Position numbers and translations under genes: made by a program. The notes beneath the pieces were generated by a model. It was given only the letters and a program-made list of their open reading frames with translations, did no database searches and was not told the DNA's origin. 38,594 nucleotides of DNA from Saprolegnia diclina VS20 (taxonomy: Eukaryota): the NCBI RefSeq assembly GCF_000281045.1, contig NW_008246151.1:42940-81533 (forward strand), given 5' to 3'. Positions 11,736 through 23,140 of the stretch are shown here, piece by piece; the stretch's first letter is position 1, and the number at the start of each line of letters is the position of its first letter.

Positions 11736-11937
11736 CTTAATTTCGAACACGACCGAGTGAACATTCGTGTGCGAGGAGCAGTGCATATCTGCCACTTAAG
11801 CGACGCAGGATGTCGGCGCACGCATCATGCACGCTTGGTCGGGCGGATGGTCGCCTTCTTCTTGATCGCGAGCTGGCGGACGAGCGACGTGTGGATCGTG
11901 TGCCACCAATGTGCGAGGGATCTGGAGGAGCGCGTGG

Positions 11938-12021
11938 ATCTAGCCGTACATAAAGATATGCGTCAAGTCGATCGCTTGCATCTAGCCGTATGTAAAGATA
12001 TTCGTCAAGTCGATCGCTTGC
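11938..12021. repeat. 42-bp tandem duplication (2 copies)
   Basis: atctagccgtacataaagatatgcgtcaagtcgatcgcttgc followed by atctagccgtatgtaaagatattcgtcaagtcgatcgcttgc, 3 mismatches. Confidence 0.92.
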
Positions 12022-13002
12022 TTGGACGTACGCAGGCGCAGTGGGTCGTCGACGGCAGAAAGTCTGGACGCGCATGTGCCTTGAACGCCGCCCAACGCTA
12101 GGATCCGACCCATTCGACCTATTGAGCTGCATAGGGAACCATATGCAGCTCAATGCCGCCGGATCTCCGGTACCGGTACCCTGCACTCTGCGCGCATGCC
12201 AGCGGTCGCCTGTGGCGCAGCGGCTAGGGCGTCGTCGTTTTAGCCGTGGTTGGCGTCGCGGCCTCGTGCGCCTGGTCGAGGACTGAGCGCTGGGCCCGAG
12301 CGGAGCAACAGGTTGGATGACGAGTTGCCTGCGCGAACGGCATCTCGTCGGCACGCTGCCTCACTAGTCTGGGGGTTCTGACGCTCGACAGGCGCCAGTA
12401 GTGGGACGGACCAAAGCCCGAACGACTCACCTGAGATGGACGACACGGCAGTACTCCAGCCGTCCCATGCTTTCCGGGCCTGGATGGAAAATTGAATCCG
12501 CGGCCAGAGTTTGGCCTGGCTGGCTTCGGATCTAAAAACACCCAAATGCTACCTTTGCATAGGGTTTCCGGTGGGCAATGCTCCGTGTATCGTCTCACCG
12601 GCCAACACGCTAACACAACAAGGGTATATTCGTGGCATTGACAGCTCTGTGGTGCGCAGGAGATTCCACGGACACTCGGTGCTAGGTCATAAACTGAGGT
12701 AGGTGTAGGTTTAATCAAGAAGGGAGCTTCTTGGTAGGTTTCGCCGCCTATCATGGCTCATCACTGTCCACCGTTTGTCACTCGGCGTGTGGGGTTTTGC
12801 ATGCGTCGCCTCAAGGGATTAGCCCTCGGCGATGACGTTTTCCCCACACACTAGACCAGCGAGAGCCGACTCGCACACCCACAGCTAACCGGTTAGCTGA
12901 ACNNNNNNNNNNNNNNNNNNNNNNNNNNNNNNNNNNNNNNNNNNNNNNNNNNNNNNNNNNNNNNNNNNNNNNNNNNNNNNNNNNNNNNNNNNNNNNNNNN
13001 NN

Positions 13003-13182
13003 AGATGGTTTAAAAATGGCACCACGATATTATTTGTGGCGTGTGCCTCAAATAGGTCTTGGATCGCGCCTCGCTTCCGCTGTACGCCTCGGACGGCGAC
13101 GTGACCTCGCTCCTCACACTCTCCACGGCGTCCTCTACCAGGGCGAAGTCTCATTTTCCAACGCAATGTGGTCGACCGCGCG
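13003..13182 (+). repeat. Repeat family X fragment
   Basis: The first 36 bp are identical to 169-204. The remainder (tcttggatcgc...ctgtacgcctcg...ctctccac.gcgtcctctac...gtggtcgaccgcg) aligns with 6983-7117. Confidence 0.8.
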
Positions 13183-16080
13183 ACTGGGTGGCATGGGCCA
13201 AGAAAAATATAAAGAAAAAAATATAAAAAAGTTTCGTACACTTGGTGTTGAGTGGTGCTTCTCCGCACAACCTAGCCTGTAAGAGCCACAAGACTGTAGA
13301 ATGGAAGCCATTCGAGAATTGTGTTTGCTGATTACAAGGCGTCGGGTCGTACCAAGCAAAGCACCGAATTTCAACCGCCAGTGTACGAAGCACGCCGGAA
13401 GTGTTTCTTCAACACTTGCCAAGTCTAACAGCATCGTTTGACAATGTCCAAACGGCCTTTGGTTGTTTAAACCAAAAACGTCCTGGATATCCCCGGGAGG
13501 ATGCCAGCCATGGTTCTTCAGAGGGATCGTGTCCAGGCATAGCTAGGATCTGGATCCGAAATCAGGTCGTTGCGTATTCCCCACGCAAGCTTTGCATCCG
13601 TCGGCCAATGGACGTCCGGGCAAGCTTCTATGCTTTCTGAAAGGTCCTCTGCAACGCATAATGACGTGGCACCCGCATTGGTCACACACGTGGCGTCCTG
13701 TAGATGCGAACACCGCGGAGACTTTGCGGCCTACTATGAATCCTCTCCGTGGGTAGATTGGGATCATGACGCGACGCTCGTCATGGGGTACAAAGCTCTT
13801 CCAACCTGCGTACCGTCGGGAGACGCGTGTGACTATTTTGCATGGCGTTGCTTGCATCTGCATATATATGTATGAACGTGTTCCGCGTTATCTTCATTAT
13901 GACACAAAGACTTCGCATACGTAGCGCTACGCCTGAATGCGTGGGAGTTGGCTCCAGCACTTGGTCGTTGGGAGTGAGCTGCGCACGGAGAGATCCATCC
14001 CGTGGTGGACCCCACTCGCCGAGTCATAGCTCGCGCGAGGTCGTACGCAGCTGCATGCCACAAAATCAAAAAACAAAACGTTCAATCTACGCTGACGACG
14101 TCACGGCCCGTCGTCCGCGCTTGAGATCGCGATGATCACGCGCAACAACGAGCGCCAAGATGATGACACGACAAAGCTTGATGATGTGAAATATCTTTTT
14201 CGCCTTCGCAAGGCGCCGAGCGACCAGATGCGCCTAGAGCGCGGCCGTACAGAGACCCTTAGCGACGGCCAAGATGCCGAACGCGGCATCTTGCGGTCGT
14301 CACAAGTAGCTCGTGCGCGTATATGATGAGGTGCTTGGCCTCGCGCAGTCTGCGGCTCGAATGCCTCGAGTTTCCCTTGGGCATTTGGCCAGCGCGTTGA
14401 GATCCGCGACCCACTTGCATGCGAGCTACAACAAACGGGTGATGTGAGAGCTCTCGATAGCGCAGATAGAGCGCAACAACCTCGATTTCGCGCATCCCGG
14501 ACAAACGACGAGCCGCGTGATCGCGTCAGAGACGACCGCTTCGCTCTGTCCTCAGTCGTGTTCTAGGTTGACCAAAGTATTAGCGACAGAGCAGCCATCG
14601 CCCCGAGATGTACGGCTCGGCAATTGAGCTCGGGCACGTGCGTCTTGGATGAATTGGAAGGCAAGCAGTGACGGGGTCGAAACGTCGTTTGCCACTGGCA
14701 CCTAGTCGCTCTGTGAGACGTACATAATGCAAAGGAGGGCGAGGCTACTACTTCCGCTCGTTGGTACCTTGAGCTACGAGCGGATCCGAGGCGAGGTTTA
14801 TGGCGGGCGGTATCTTGGCGTTGGCCCACAGGACTGGCTACCGTGTGCGAGAAGCAAGACGTCATGCGTGAGGCGCTAGAGGCAGGCATACATCGGACTC
14901 GGCGCCACGAGATGCCATGCCCGAACCCGATGTGGCGCTCGCATAGCTCCAGCGCCGTCCTTGCTCGTGGTTACTGGCTCGTTTTGGACTCTTGTCATTT
15001 TGGATGGCGTCCGGATATATTTCCGGATACGTCACCAGAAGCGATCGAACGAGCCACGGGTCGAGGCCAGCGTCCGCACTCCTCGCACCAGCGCTCGGGC
15101 TGTCGCTGCCATCGTTTGTCCGACTATATAACTCGTAACAAAGGTCAATAAACAGTTTACTGACCCTTGCCCGTAGTTGGTGCATAGACGCCTCGCTGAA
15201 GTGCAAGCACCTTTCGACCGCCACGGCGCCAACGGCTGTGACGCTGCTGATGCAAGCAATGTGGGTTTGACCTGGTTTGACCCAGTACTGGGCACTGCCA
15301 ATGGCGGCGGCGCGGCTCATGACGCAGAGCTACTACCGCTGATAAGGCAGCGTCGGTCGTCGGCGACAGAGACCAAGCGGGCTGCCGCAGCGATCTGTGG
15401 TCGACACGGACCGGTCCTCTGGAGACCACAGAAAGAACAAAGTAGGAGCTGCAAAAGATAGCGCTAAACGCAGAGCCAAGATCGACACTCGTTCGACCGC
15501 ACCCTCGCCAAGTGACGGGCCGAGTCCTTGTGCATGTTGGACAATCGAGTATAGAAGCTCGTCGTCATCGAGCTATTTGCAGTGAGCGTCGTTCGGGAGT
15601 CGCCCGGGCAACCGTTTGCGTTCAAAAGAGGGTGTGTGATGCGGAGTAGACTGCTAGAAACGATGGATCTCATGGGACCGTACCCTTCTCGCACCACTCA
15701 TTTGTGCATCACCGAGTTGAGCATACGTGGCCATGGCCTGAGGTACCACTTAGTAGGGCGACCTCCGCCAAGGGCATGTGGCACCTCTCACGAAGACGTC
15801 TCGGTACTTGGACTCGAGAACGCACACTGCGTCAATGCGGCGGCGACTGCCGCTAGCTCGCTATTCCTTGAGGTTGGGATCCGGAATGGTCGTGCCCACT
15901 TCAACTTGGCCATCAACTGGTCGTTCCGGTTGGAGTTTATTTAAATTCACATAGAAAATGCAAGGTCTCGTCGCATTTTATATTCAAAGATCGGATACGC
16001 GTATCCGGCGCAGCAGCTATCACATCGCAACCTGGTCGGTCGAGCGCAGCCCCATGATGCACCAACCAGGTCGGGCGACG

Positions 16081-19000
16081 ATGGTGATCGGAACATGGAC
16101 TGACGAAGGGCTGGTAGACGCCGAGATTGAGCTCGCGCTGCGCCACGACACGTCCGAGAAGGACCGCCTCCTCGCCTCGCCACCGCCGACCACGCTCCAC
16201 CGCGAGCCCGTCGAGTACGTGGCCATCGTCCCGTACGGCGCGTCGACCATGCGCCTCGCGCTCTACGTGCTGCTGTGTGTGGCGTCCGGCGGCGTCCTTT
16301 GCATCGTCGTCTCGTGGTGGCCGCAACTCTTCACGGTCGTCGCCCGCGCGCATGGCGTGAGTATGGGCGACGCCGACTACGTCCTCGTGACGGGCGCCAA
16401 CGGCGAGGTCGAAGAGGCCACCGTGTACCACGAGGACCCGCGCTTTCGCTGGTTTGAGTTCAAGAAGCAGCGCTACCTCTACTCGTCGGCCAAGCACAAG
16501 TTTGAGCGCGGTACGTCTCTCGATCTCCGATCGACTTGCGACGGGCGAGGTTAGTGGCGTCGATCTTGCACGAGCGCTGCGGCGCTGCGCTCCACCGCCT
16601 CGAGACGGGCTTGACGACGGCGCTGGTAGACGAGCGGACGCGACTCTTTGGCGCCAACACTATCGAGATTCCGTCGGCGCCGCTGCACCGGTACGTCCGA
16701 TACGAGTTGGGCGATGAGTGAGATACTAGCTCTGTAGCGTGCTCTTTGAGAAGCTCGTGCACCCGTTCTACCTCTTCCAGATCATCAGCGTCGCCTTGTG
16801 GTTGCAAGAAGAGTACTACACGTACTCGATGGCGATCCTCGGCATGTCCCTCTCGTCGATCCTCTACGAAGTGTACACGCAAGTCCAGAACGCCAAGCAA
16901 ATGCAGGCGCTCGTGCGCTGCGACGCAACCGTCCTGGTCGTTCGCGACAGCTCTCTGCAGGAGCTTCCGGCAGCCGACCTTGTCGTCGGCGGTGCGCGCC
17001 CGACCTTATGCTAGGTGGTCGTTGACGGTTCATGTAGACATTGTCGACATCACGGCCGGTGCTGTCGCTGCCGACATGGTCCTCTTGATGGGCGACTGCA
17101 CGACTGACGAGTCGTCGCTCACAGGCGAAGGTAGCGTCTCGCTTGGTTCCTGGTCTACGATTCTCTTGCAGCGATCCCGGTCACCAAGCAGCGACTCGGC
17201 GACCACCGCGTGCACGTCGACGACAAGACCCTCTCGAAGAGCGTCGTTTTGTACTCGGGCTCGACCGTCCTTCGCACCATGGGTATACATCGCGCTGGGT
17301 CGAGAGAGCTGATGTCGCAGCTGATTAGGGCGCTGCAAGGGCGTCGTGCTTAGAACCAGCTTTAGCACGAGCAAGGGCGAGCTCTTTCGGTCGATCCTCT
17401 TCCCCAACGACATTCCATTTCGCATTGTGAGCGACAGCTACCGCTACCTCCTCGCGCTCGGAGCGATTGCCCTACTGACGACGACCCAGCGCGTCTATGA
17501 CGCGTACACTGTCACGTATTTTGAGAAATGACTCAAAACGACTAGGATCGCGGCCAACTCGTCGCTCTACGACCTCCTCATCTCGGTGTTTGACTTGATT
17601 TCGACCGCGATTCCCGCGGCGCTGCCCATGATCCTCACGGTCGGCATCGGCTTTTCGCTCACGCGACTCCAAGCGGCCAACATCTTTTGCATCGACGCCC
17701 AGCGCATCAACGTTGGCGGCCATCTCGACTGTTTTTGCTTCGACAAGGTCTGGTTTGTATCGAGGTTTCAAGTTGATACAATTCTCCGGGCTTGTAGACG
17801 GGGACACTCACGACCGAGACACTCGACTTTCTCGGTGTGGATACGTGTGACGGCAGCGGCATCACAGACCCGAGTGCGAACTGCTTGATGGGCCTCGCCG
17901 CGTGCCACGGCCTCACCGAGACGTACGGTGCGATATCGGGCTACCCGCTCGAGATGAGCATGTTTGCGTCCACAAGCTGCAGTCTCCAGATGACGCGCCA
18001 CGGCCTCCTCGTGCTCCGTGACGGCAGCGAGTGGCTGCGGTACCGCGACCGCTTTAGCTTTGACGCTACCGTCCAGCGCTCGAGCGTCGTTGTCCAAACC
18101 GACGACGCGTCACTGCTGGCGTTTGTGAAAGGGTCGCCCGAGGCCCTCCAAGACGTAAGTTCTCATGAACTTTCGATCAAGTGACCAGGCGTAGATTTGC
18201 GTCCCGGCGTCGCTCCCGAGTGATTTCGACACGATTGTGCACCAGTATGTCTGCCAGGGCTACTACGTCCTTGCGCTCGGGCACAAGGTATTCGAGTCGG
18301 CGCTCCCCGAGACTCTCAAGCGCGACGACGTCGAGTCGGACGTGCTCTTCCTCAGCTTTCTCCTGTTTGTCGTACGTCCTTGCCTCTCAGATCTGATCTG
18401 CAACACTTTTGTTTTCAGAATCCGATCAAACCCGAGTCCCAGTGGGTCATCGAGACGCTCCAGGCTGCGGCGATTGACGTGCGTATTATCACGGGCGACA
18501 ACGCTCTCACGGCCGTGCACGGTCTCTCCAAACGTCAGTCGTTCGAGTGCTAGAATCTGTGAACTAGTTGCGCGCGAGGTCGGGCTGCAGCTGCGTCCGC
18601 ACATTGTGCTCGTCGACGTTGTCCATGACAGCCTCCAGTACAAGATGCACTACGGCGGCGACAAGGACGCTTCGATTTCGATCGATATGTTTGAGGTGCC
18701 GCAGCAGCTCGGCGTCTGGCACCGGCTCCGCGACGCCATCGTCTTTGACGCGCTCCTCGAGCAGTACGATGTGGCGGTATACTTTTCACACAAAAAGTAG
18801 AGAGAATGTCAGGATGTATTGGGTAGATGACGGGCGCAGCACTCGAGTTTGTGGCCCAAGACGCCGCCTTTGAGAGCGTACTGCCGCGCTTGATTGGCGA
18901 CACCAAGATCTTTGCTCGCGTCAAGCCCCAGACCAAGACATGGATCGTTCAGCAGCTCATGGCGCAAGGGTACGTCGCGTCCTGATACTTTGATACTATT

Positions 19001-20101
19001 GTCTCGATGTAGAAAATATGTGGGGATGACGGGCGACGGCACGAACGACTGTGGCGCGCTCAAGGCTGCGCACGTTGGCTTGGCGCTCTCGGACGCCGAG
19101 GCCTCGATCGGTGCGCTAGAGTACCTCAAAGTGTACTTGGTATCAATCTATCTAGTGGCGCCGTTCACGAGCCGCAACAAGGACATTGGCGACGTCGTCG
19201 CTTTGATCCAAGAAGGCCGCTGTGCGCTCACCACGTCCCTCCTCGCGTTCAAGTACATGGTCATGTACCCCGTGATCGAGACGACGCTCATCACGGTCAT
19301 CAACCACGTCCAAGCCACCTTCTCCAACAACCAGGTATTCTTATTTTCTTATTCGTCAACTTAGCTTGCCTAGTACCTCTTTGACGACCTTGTTGTCGTG
19401 CTCGGACTCTCGGTGCTCATGCTGCGCACGGGTCCGTCTCCGATTTTGACGCGGGCGCGTCCGCCCGACTCGCTCTTTGTACGATTCCCTCTCACAAGAT
19501 ACGACGACGCTGATGTTGTATCGCAGGCGCCAGCGGTCCTGGGTTCGATCGCGGGCCAGACGGCGCTATTCGGTCTCTTTTTTGCTCTGCCGCTCTGGCT
19601 CGCGCACTCGCAAGACTGGTTTTGCGCGCTGCCAGACGTCGCGTCGGGCCGCAAGGTGTGCTTTGCGTACCAGCCAGACGAGTCGGGGGACATGACGGTG
19701 CACGCGCACGAAGTGTCGATCGTCTGGACGACGGGTGCACCGCTCGAGGTCCAGCTGCAGACTCATGGGCGTTTGTAGGTCATTTGCAGTACCTTCTGCT
19801 TGCGATCGCGTTCAACTTGAAGGACGCTTTCCGCAAAAGCGTCTGGACCAACAGATCGTTTGTGCTCTACACCTTCGGGATGACTTTGCTGCTCTCGTAC
19901 ATTGTGCTTGCGCCAGGTACCCACTCGGACTCCAAATTGATGCTGACACGGCGTGTAGAGAGCGATCTCAACATCAAGTGGCTCGACCTCACGACGCCGC
20001 TGCCCCAAGCGTTTAGCCGCCAAGTGTTTGGCATCTTTGTCCTCAACGCCGTCGCCGCCGTGGCGTGCGAGGCAGGCGTGCGCAAGTGGACGACTCAATA
20101 G
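16081..20101 (+). CDS. P5B-type P-type ATPase (ATP13A2-5/Ypk9-like, probable polyamine transporter), about 17 short introns, roughly 1,080 aa
   Basis: Spliced motifs: HPFYLFQ..SVALW...YY, DESSLTGEAIPVTK, KGELFRSILFP, DLISTAIPAALP, CFDK|TGTLT (phosphorylated Asp), KGSPE, IITGDN, FARVKPQTK, MTGDGTNDCGALKAAHVG, EAS..APFTS, EGRCAL..S...FKYM, QYLFDDL. The TAG stop is at 20099-20101. The start codon is uncertain (16054/16057 or 16081). Confidence 0.95.
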
Positions 20102-20150
20102 ATAAGACTGTTGTTTGCTTTCATATATAAATGTATCGACATGGCGTTGA

Positions 20151-20792
20151 TTAGCGCCGGAGGAGCGTCTCGAAGCGGCGCTGCTCGGCGGCTTCGCGTT
20201 CTGTGCGCTCGCGTCGAAGCTGCTCGAGGCGACTCGAGGAGGACTTGGCCTTCTTGGCTTTCTTCTTCTTCTTCTTGAGCTCCGTGCGCGTCGTGACGAC
20301 TGTGTCGCCAGCAAAGTCGAGCGCGTCGGCTTCCCGCAAATCGTCGGCGACGACCATGAACGTCTTGGGCCGGCCCACAATCGCGGCCATGGGATCGGCG
20401 AGCGCTGCACGCGGCGCCTCGGCGTCGTCGTCGACGTGGCTCTGCTGGAGATACCAGGGCTGCGCGGGCGGCTTGTGTCGGCCTACATGGCGGTGGGCCG
20501 GGTTCAGCGCGCCGCCGAGGGCAATGCCTTCGTCCGGGTACTTCTTGTTGCTGGCGACTGGCGGCGGCGGCGCGATCTCGTCGGGCGCAAAGAGGTCGAT
20601 GGCCGGCGGCGTCGGCTTGGTCTTCTTGAGCGCTTCGACGCGGCCGTCGAGGTCGCGCTTGCGCTTCTCGCGGAAGGCGGTGCGCTCGGCCTCTTCGTGC
20701 AGCCGCTCGTCGCGCCGGACCTTCTCGATGTTCTCGCGCGTCCACACATGCCACTTCTTGTGCTTGAGGATCCGCAGCCCGCCTCCGCCCAT
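20151..20792 (-). CDS. LENG1-like protein with CBF1-interacting corepressor N-terminal (CIR_N) domain, 213 aa, single exon
   Basis: The N-terminus LRILKHKKWHVWTRENIEKVRRDE matches the CIR_N/LENG1 pattern (ILxxKxWHV...N..xVRRDE). It also has PWY and DPM motifs, a Lys run and a C-terminal LEQLRRERxxRE. Codon usage is strongly host-like. Confidence 0.85.
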   Translation of the reverse strand: MGGGGLRILKHKKWHVWTRENIEKVRRDERLHEEAERTAFREKRKRDLDGRVEALKKTKPTPPAIDLFAPDEIAPPPPVASNKKYPDEGIALGGALNPAHRHVGRHKPPAQPWYLQQSHVDDDAEAPRAALADPMAAIVGRPKTFMVVADDLREADALDFAGDTVVTTRTELKKKKKKAKKAKSSSSRLEQLRRERTEREAAEQRRFETLLRR

Positions 20793-21412
20793 GGCGATGG
20801 AGCTGTTTTCGAAATACTTTGTAGTTGACTGTGTCAGAAAAGGGTGTAGTTGGACAAAAAGGGTTTGGTTGGACGAAAAAGGGTGTTCATCGGCAGCAGG
20901 GGGGAGAGACGCGCCATTTGGTCATTTCGATTTGGTGGCTGCTGGCGCCGTCTTACTGAGACCCGCCATAAGGTACTGGAAAAGAGATGACACTCTATGG
21001 CGACGCATGTTATTCTTGCACTTTTTACCCCAACCCTACAAGTTGGGAATCGATGTTGGCGTCGTTAATCCGCACACAACAGCTTATCGAGCCATGTCCA
21101 TCTAAGGTCGTCATCGATACTACGGAGCAGCGCGCGCGACCGGCCCGTCGCAGATATAGAAATACGATATGTGATCTGCTGCGTTGTCGGGTTAACGGTA
21201 AGTTGATGACATCCACCACAAGGTCGTACGTGACTCTAGAATCCTTGTCAGCATAGGATCCATCTTGGTCGACTTTCGCATGGAAAATTTTAGCGTCGTA
21301 TATTGTTGTGGGCTACGTTGTGCAGAGAAGCATCAACACCAAACTCAAGTGCCACTCGACACTAAGTGTACACGGTACAATTTTGTGTCCTATTTCAGTT
21401 TTCATCGTCCAA

Positions 21413-23140
21413 ATGGCCGACCACTTCGCGCTTGAGAACGAAATTGCTAAGGTTTGGCACATAGATAGTGTTGTGTCTGGTTCGGTCAAGCCATGCCAGG
21501 CCGATGCAAGCGTGTATCGCTGGAGAGTTATGACTCCAGGAAGCGAGTAGCCTAGAGTCTTGGTAGCTTGTGTACGTGGTGTAGATAGGATAGTGCTTAG
21601 GTGCCATATACGGATGATGTCCGGTAGCGACCCTATACGGTAGTGACCCATCAAAGAGCCTCTTGACGAAGGTCTCATCCGGCACAGCCTATCGTTCTAT
21701 CCACAACGCTGGCCTCCATAGTCTCAGTTCCCAATCTGCCTTCGTGGCGTAATGCAATACAACTGCCTGCTTCCTGGGAGATGGCTCTCCCCTCGCTGCG
21801 TTGTTTGCGTTGCACTGCGGAAGCCGCCACCACAATAGTGGACGCTGTAGAGAGCACGGAAAGCGAAGCTGTATTGACGTGCCAGGCGTACAGTGGTAGC
21901 GAGATGCGCACCGAGCCAAGATCATAGTGCCATCTTAGAGGCACTAGGCACTCTAAACTAAGATCGTAGCGAAATCTGAGAGGCAGGACGCCACGACGCC
22001 GACGCTGCTTNNNNNNNNNNNNNNNNNNNNNNNNNNNNNNNNNNNNNNNNNNNNNNNNNNNNNNNNNNNNNNNNNNNNNNNNNNNNNNNNNNNNNNNNNN
22101 NNNNNNNNNNCCAAGATCATAGTGCCATCTTAGAGGCACTAGGCACTCTAAACTAAGATCGTAGCGAAATCTGAGAGGCAGGACGCCACGACGCCGACGC
22201 TGCTTGCCGACAACATCACGTTTGAAATGGAATCGTCCATAGTTGGCACAGTGATAGAAGACGCTTCGGAGAGTTGAGCACACCACGTTAGCTTACCGTT
22301 GCCGTTGTACAACGCGCGCATTGCTCGACCACATAATCAAAGCGCTCGTAAAACGTTAAAATGCAAATGACCGCATTGGCACGCCGTAGTCTTCGTCTTT
22401 TGCACTTGTAGCGACGATCTCCTTCCACTGGATAAAGAGTGCGATTCCTAGCCACATTCACACAACTACTAAGTCCAGCGCCATCGCGTCGTGTGGAGCG
22501 ATTGGAACGCGAGGCTTGTAGCTCACAATTCTCGGGCTTTCGCACTCGCGGTGATCTACAGTATTGTCACAACGCGTGTGATGGGATTCATGGGTCCTCA
22601 TATGTCGGAGGTCGCGAAATATCGATTCCTATGGCGTGGCACTCGGAGAATGTCCCATCTTGGCGCAAATGCTCAGTCGTGTAAAAACAAGTGTAAAAGC
22701 GAGCACGACAAAGGCGAAACGCAGTGCTTTTACAAGAGAAGGAAGCGCTGCTTATTCCGCAATTTGCGCTGCAGGGCCTCGGCCGCACAGCACCGCGTCG
22801 CACGGCAGGGCGGTCGCAAGCGGGCGTCCTGTCGACTGTGGACGGTGACACTCGTGTGGCCGAGGTCCTTCTTTCGCCACGCATCCCTGCAGTACAGGAC
22901 GTTGGCTTGCCACGTACGCAAAGATCGCAGCGTCTTCATGCAGCAAGCGAGCTTGGGTCTGCGGCGTCAAGGATCGCTGATCACCAAGCTCGATTGGTGG
23001 TATCAGTATCGTGTTGAGCAGCGCCGTAGCCATCGAGCGCCTGCATTAGTACCTAGGCGTAGGTGCGCACATGCACACAAGAGGTTCGCGGAGCTGTCGC
23101 ATTCGTATTGGGCCGTAGCGGTAGAAATGCCCTTGCTTTG
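21413..23140 (-). mobile_element. Long copy of composite repeat family X, inverted relative to 5859-7115, with its 3' end interrupted by about 360 bp of unrelated DNA (~21470-21830)
   Basis: Block-wise alignment to 5859-7115. It contains the 42-bp hairpin units at 21916-22205. The reverse complement of 21413-21470 matches 841-896. Confidence 0.75.

Noticed and set aside
13570..13875. ORF with CRC...C-x6-CDYFAW as a GRF-type zinc finger
   Set aside because: The GRxF core is missing and there is no supporting context.
14105..14145. HRDLK kinase catalytic-loop motif on the minus strand
   Set aside because: No downstream N, DFG or APE motifs appear in any nearby frame.
20203..21105. 300-aa plus-strand ORF
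   Set aside because: Antisense shadow of the GC3-rich LENG1-like gene, with no recognisable motifs.
21916..22205. Exact 95-bp direct repeat flanking the gap 22011-22110
   Set aside because: Both copies end exactly at the edges of a 100-N gap, which is typical of an unmerged contig overlap, so it cannot be counted as a real duplication.
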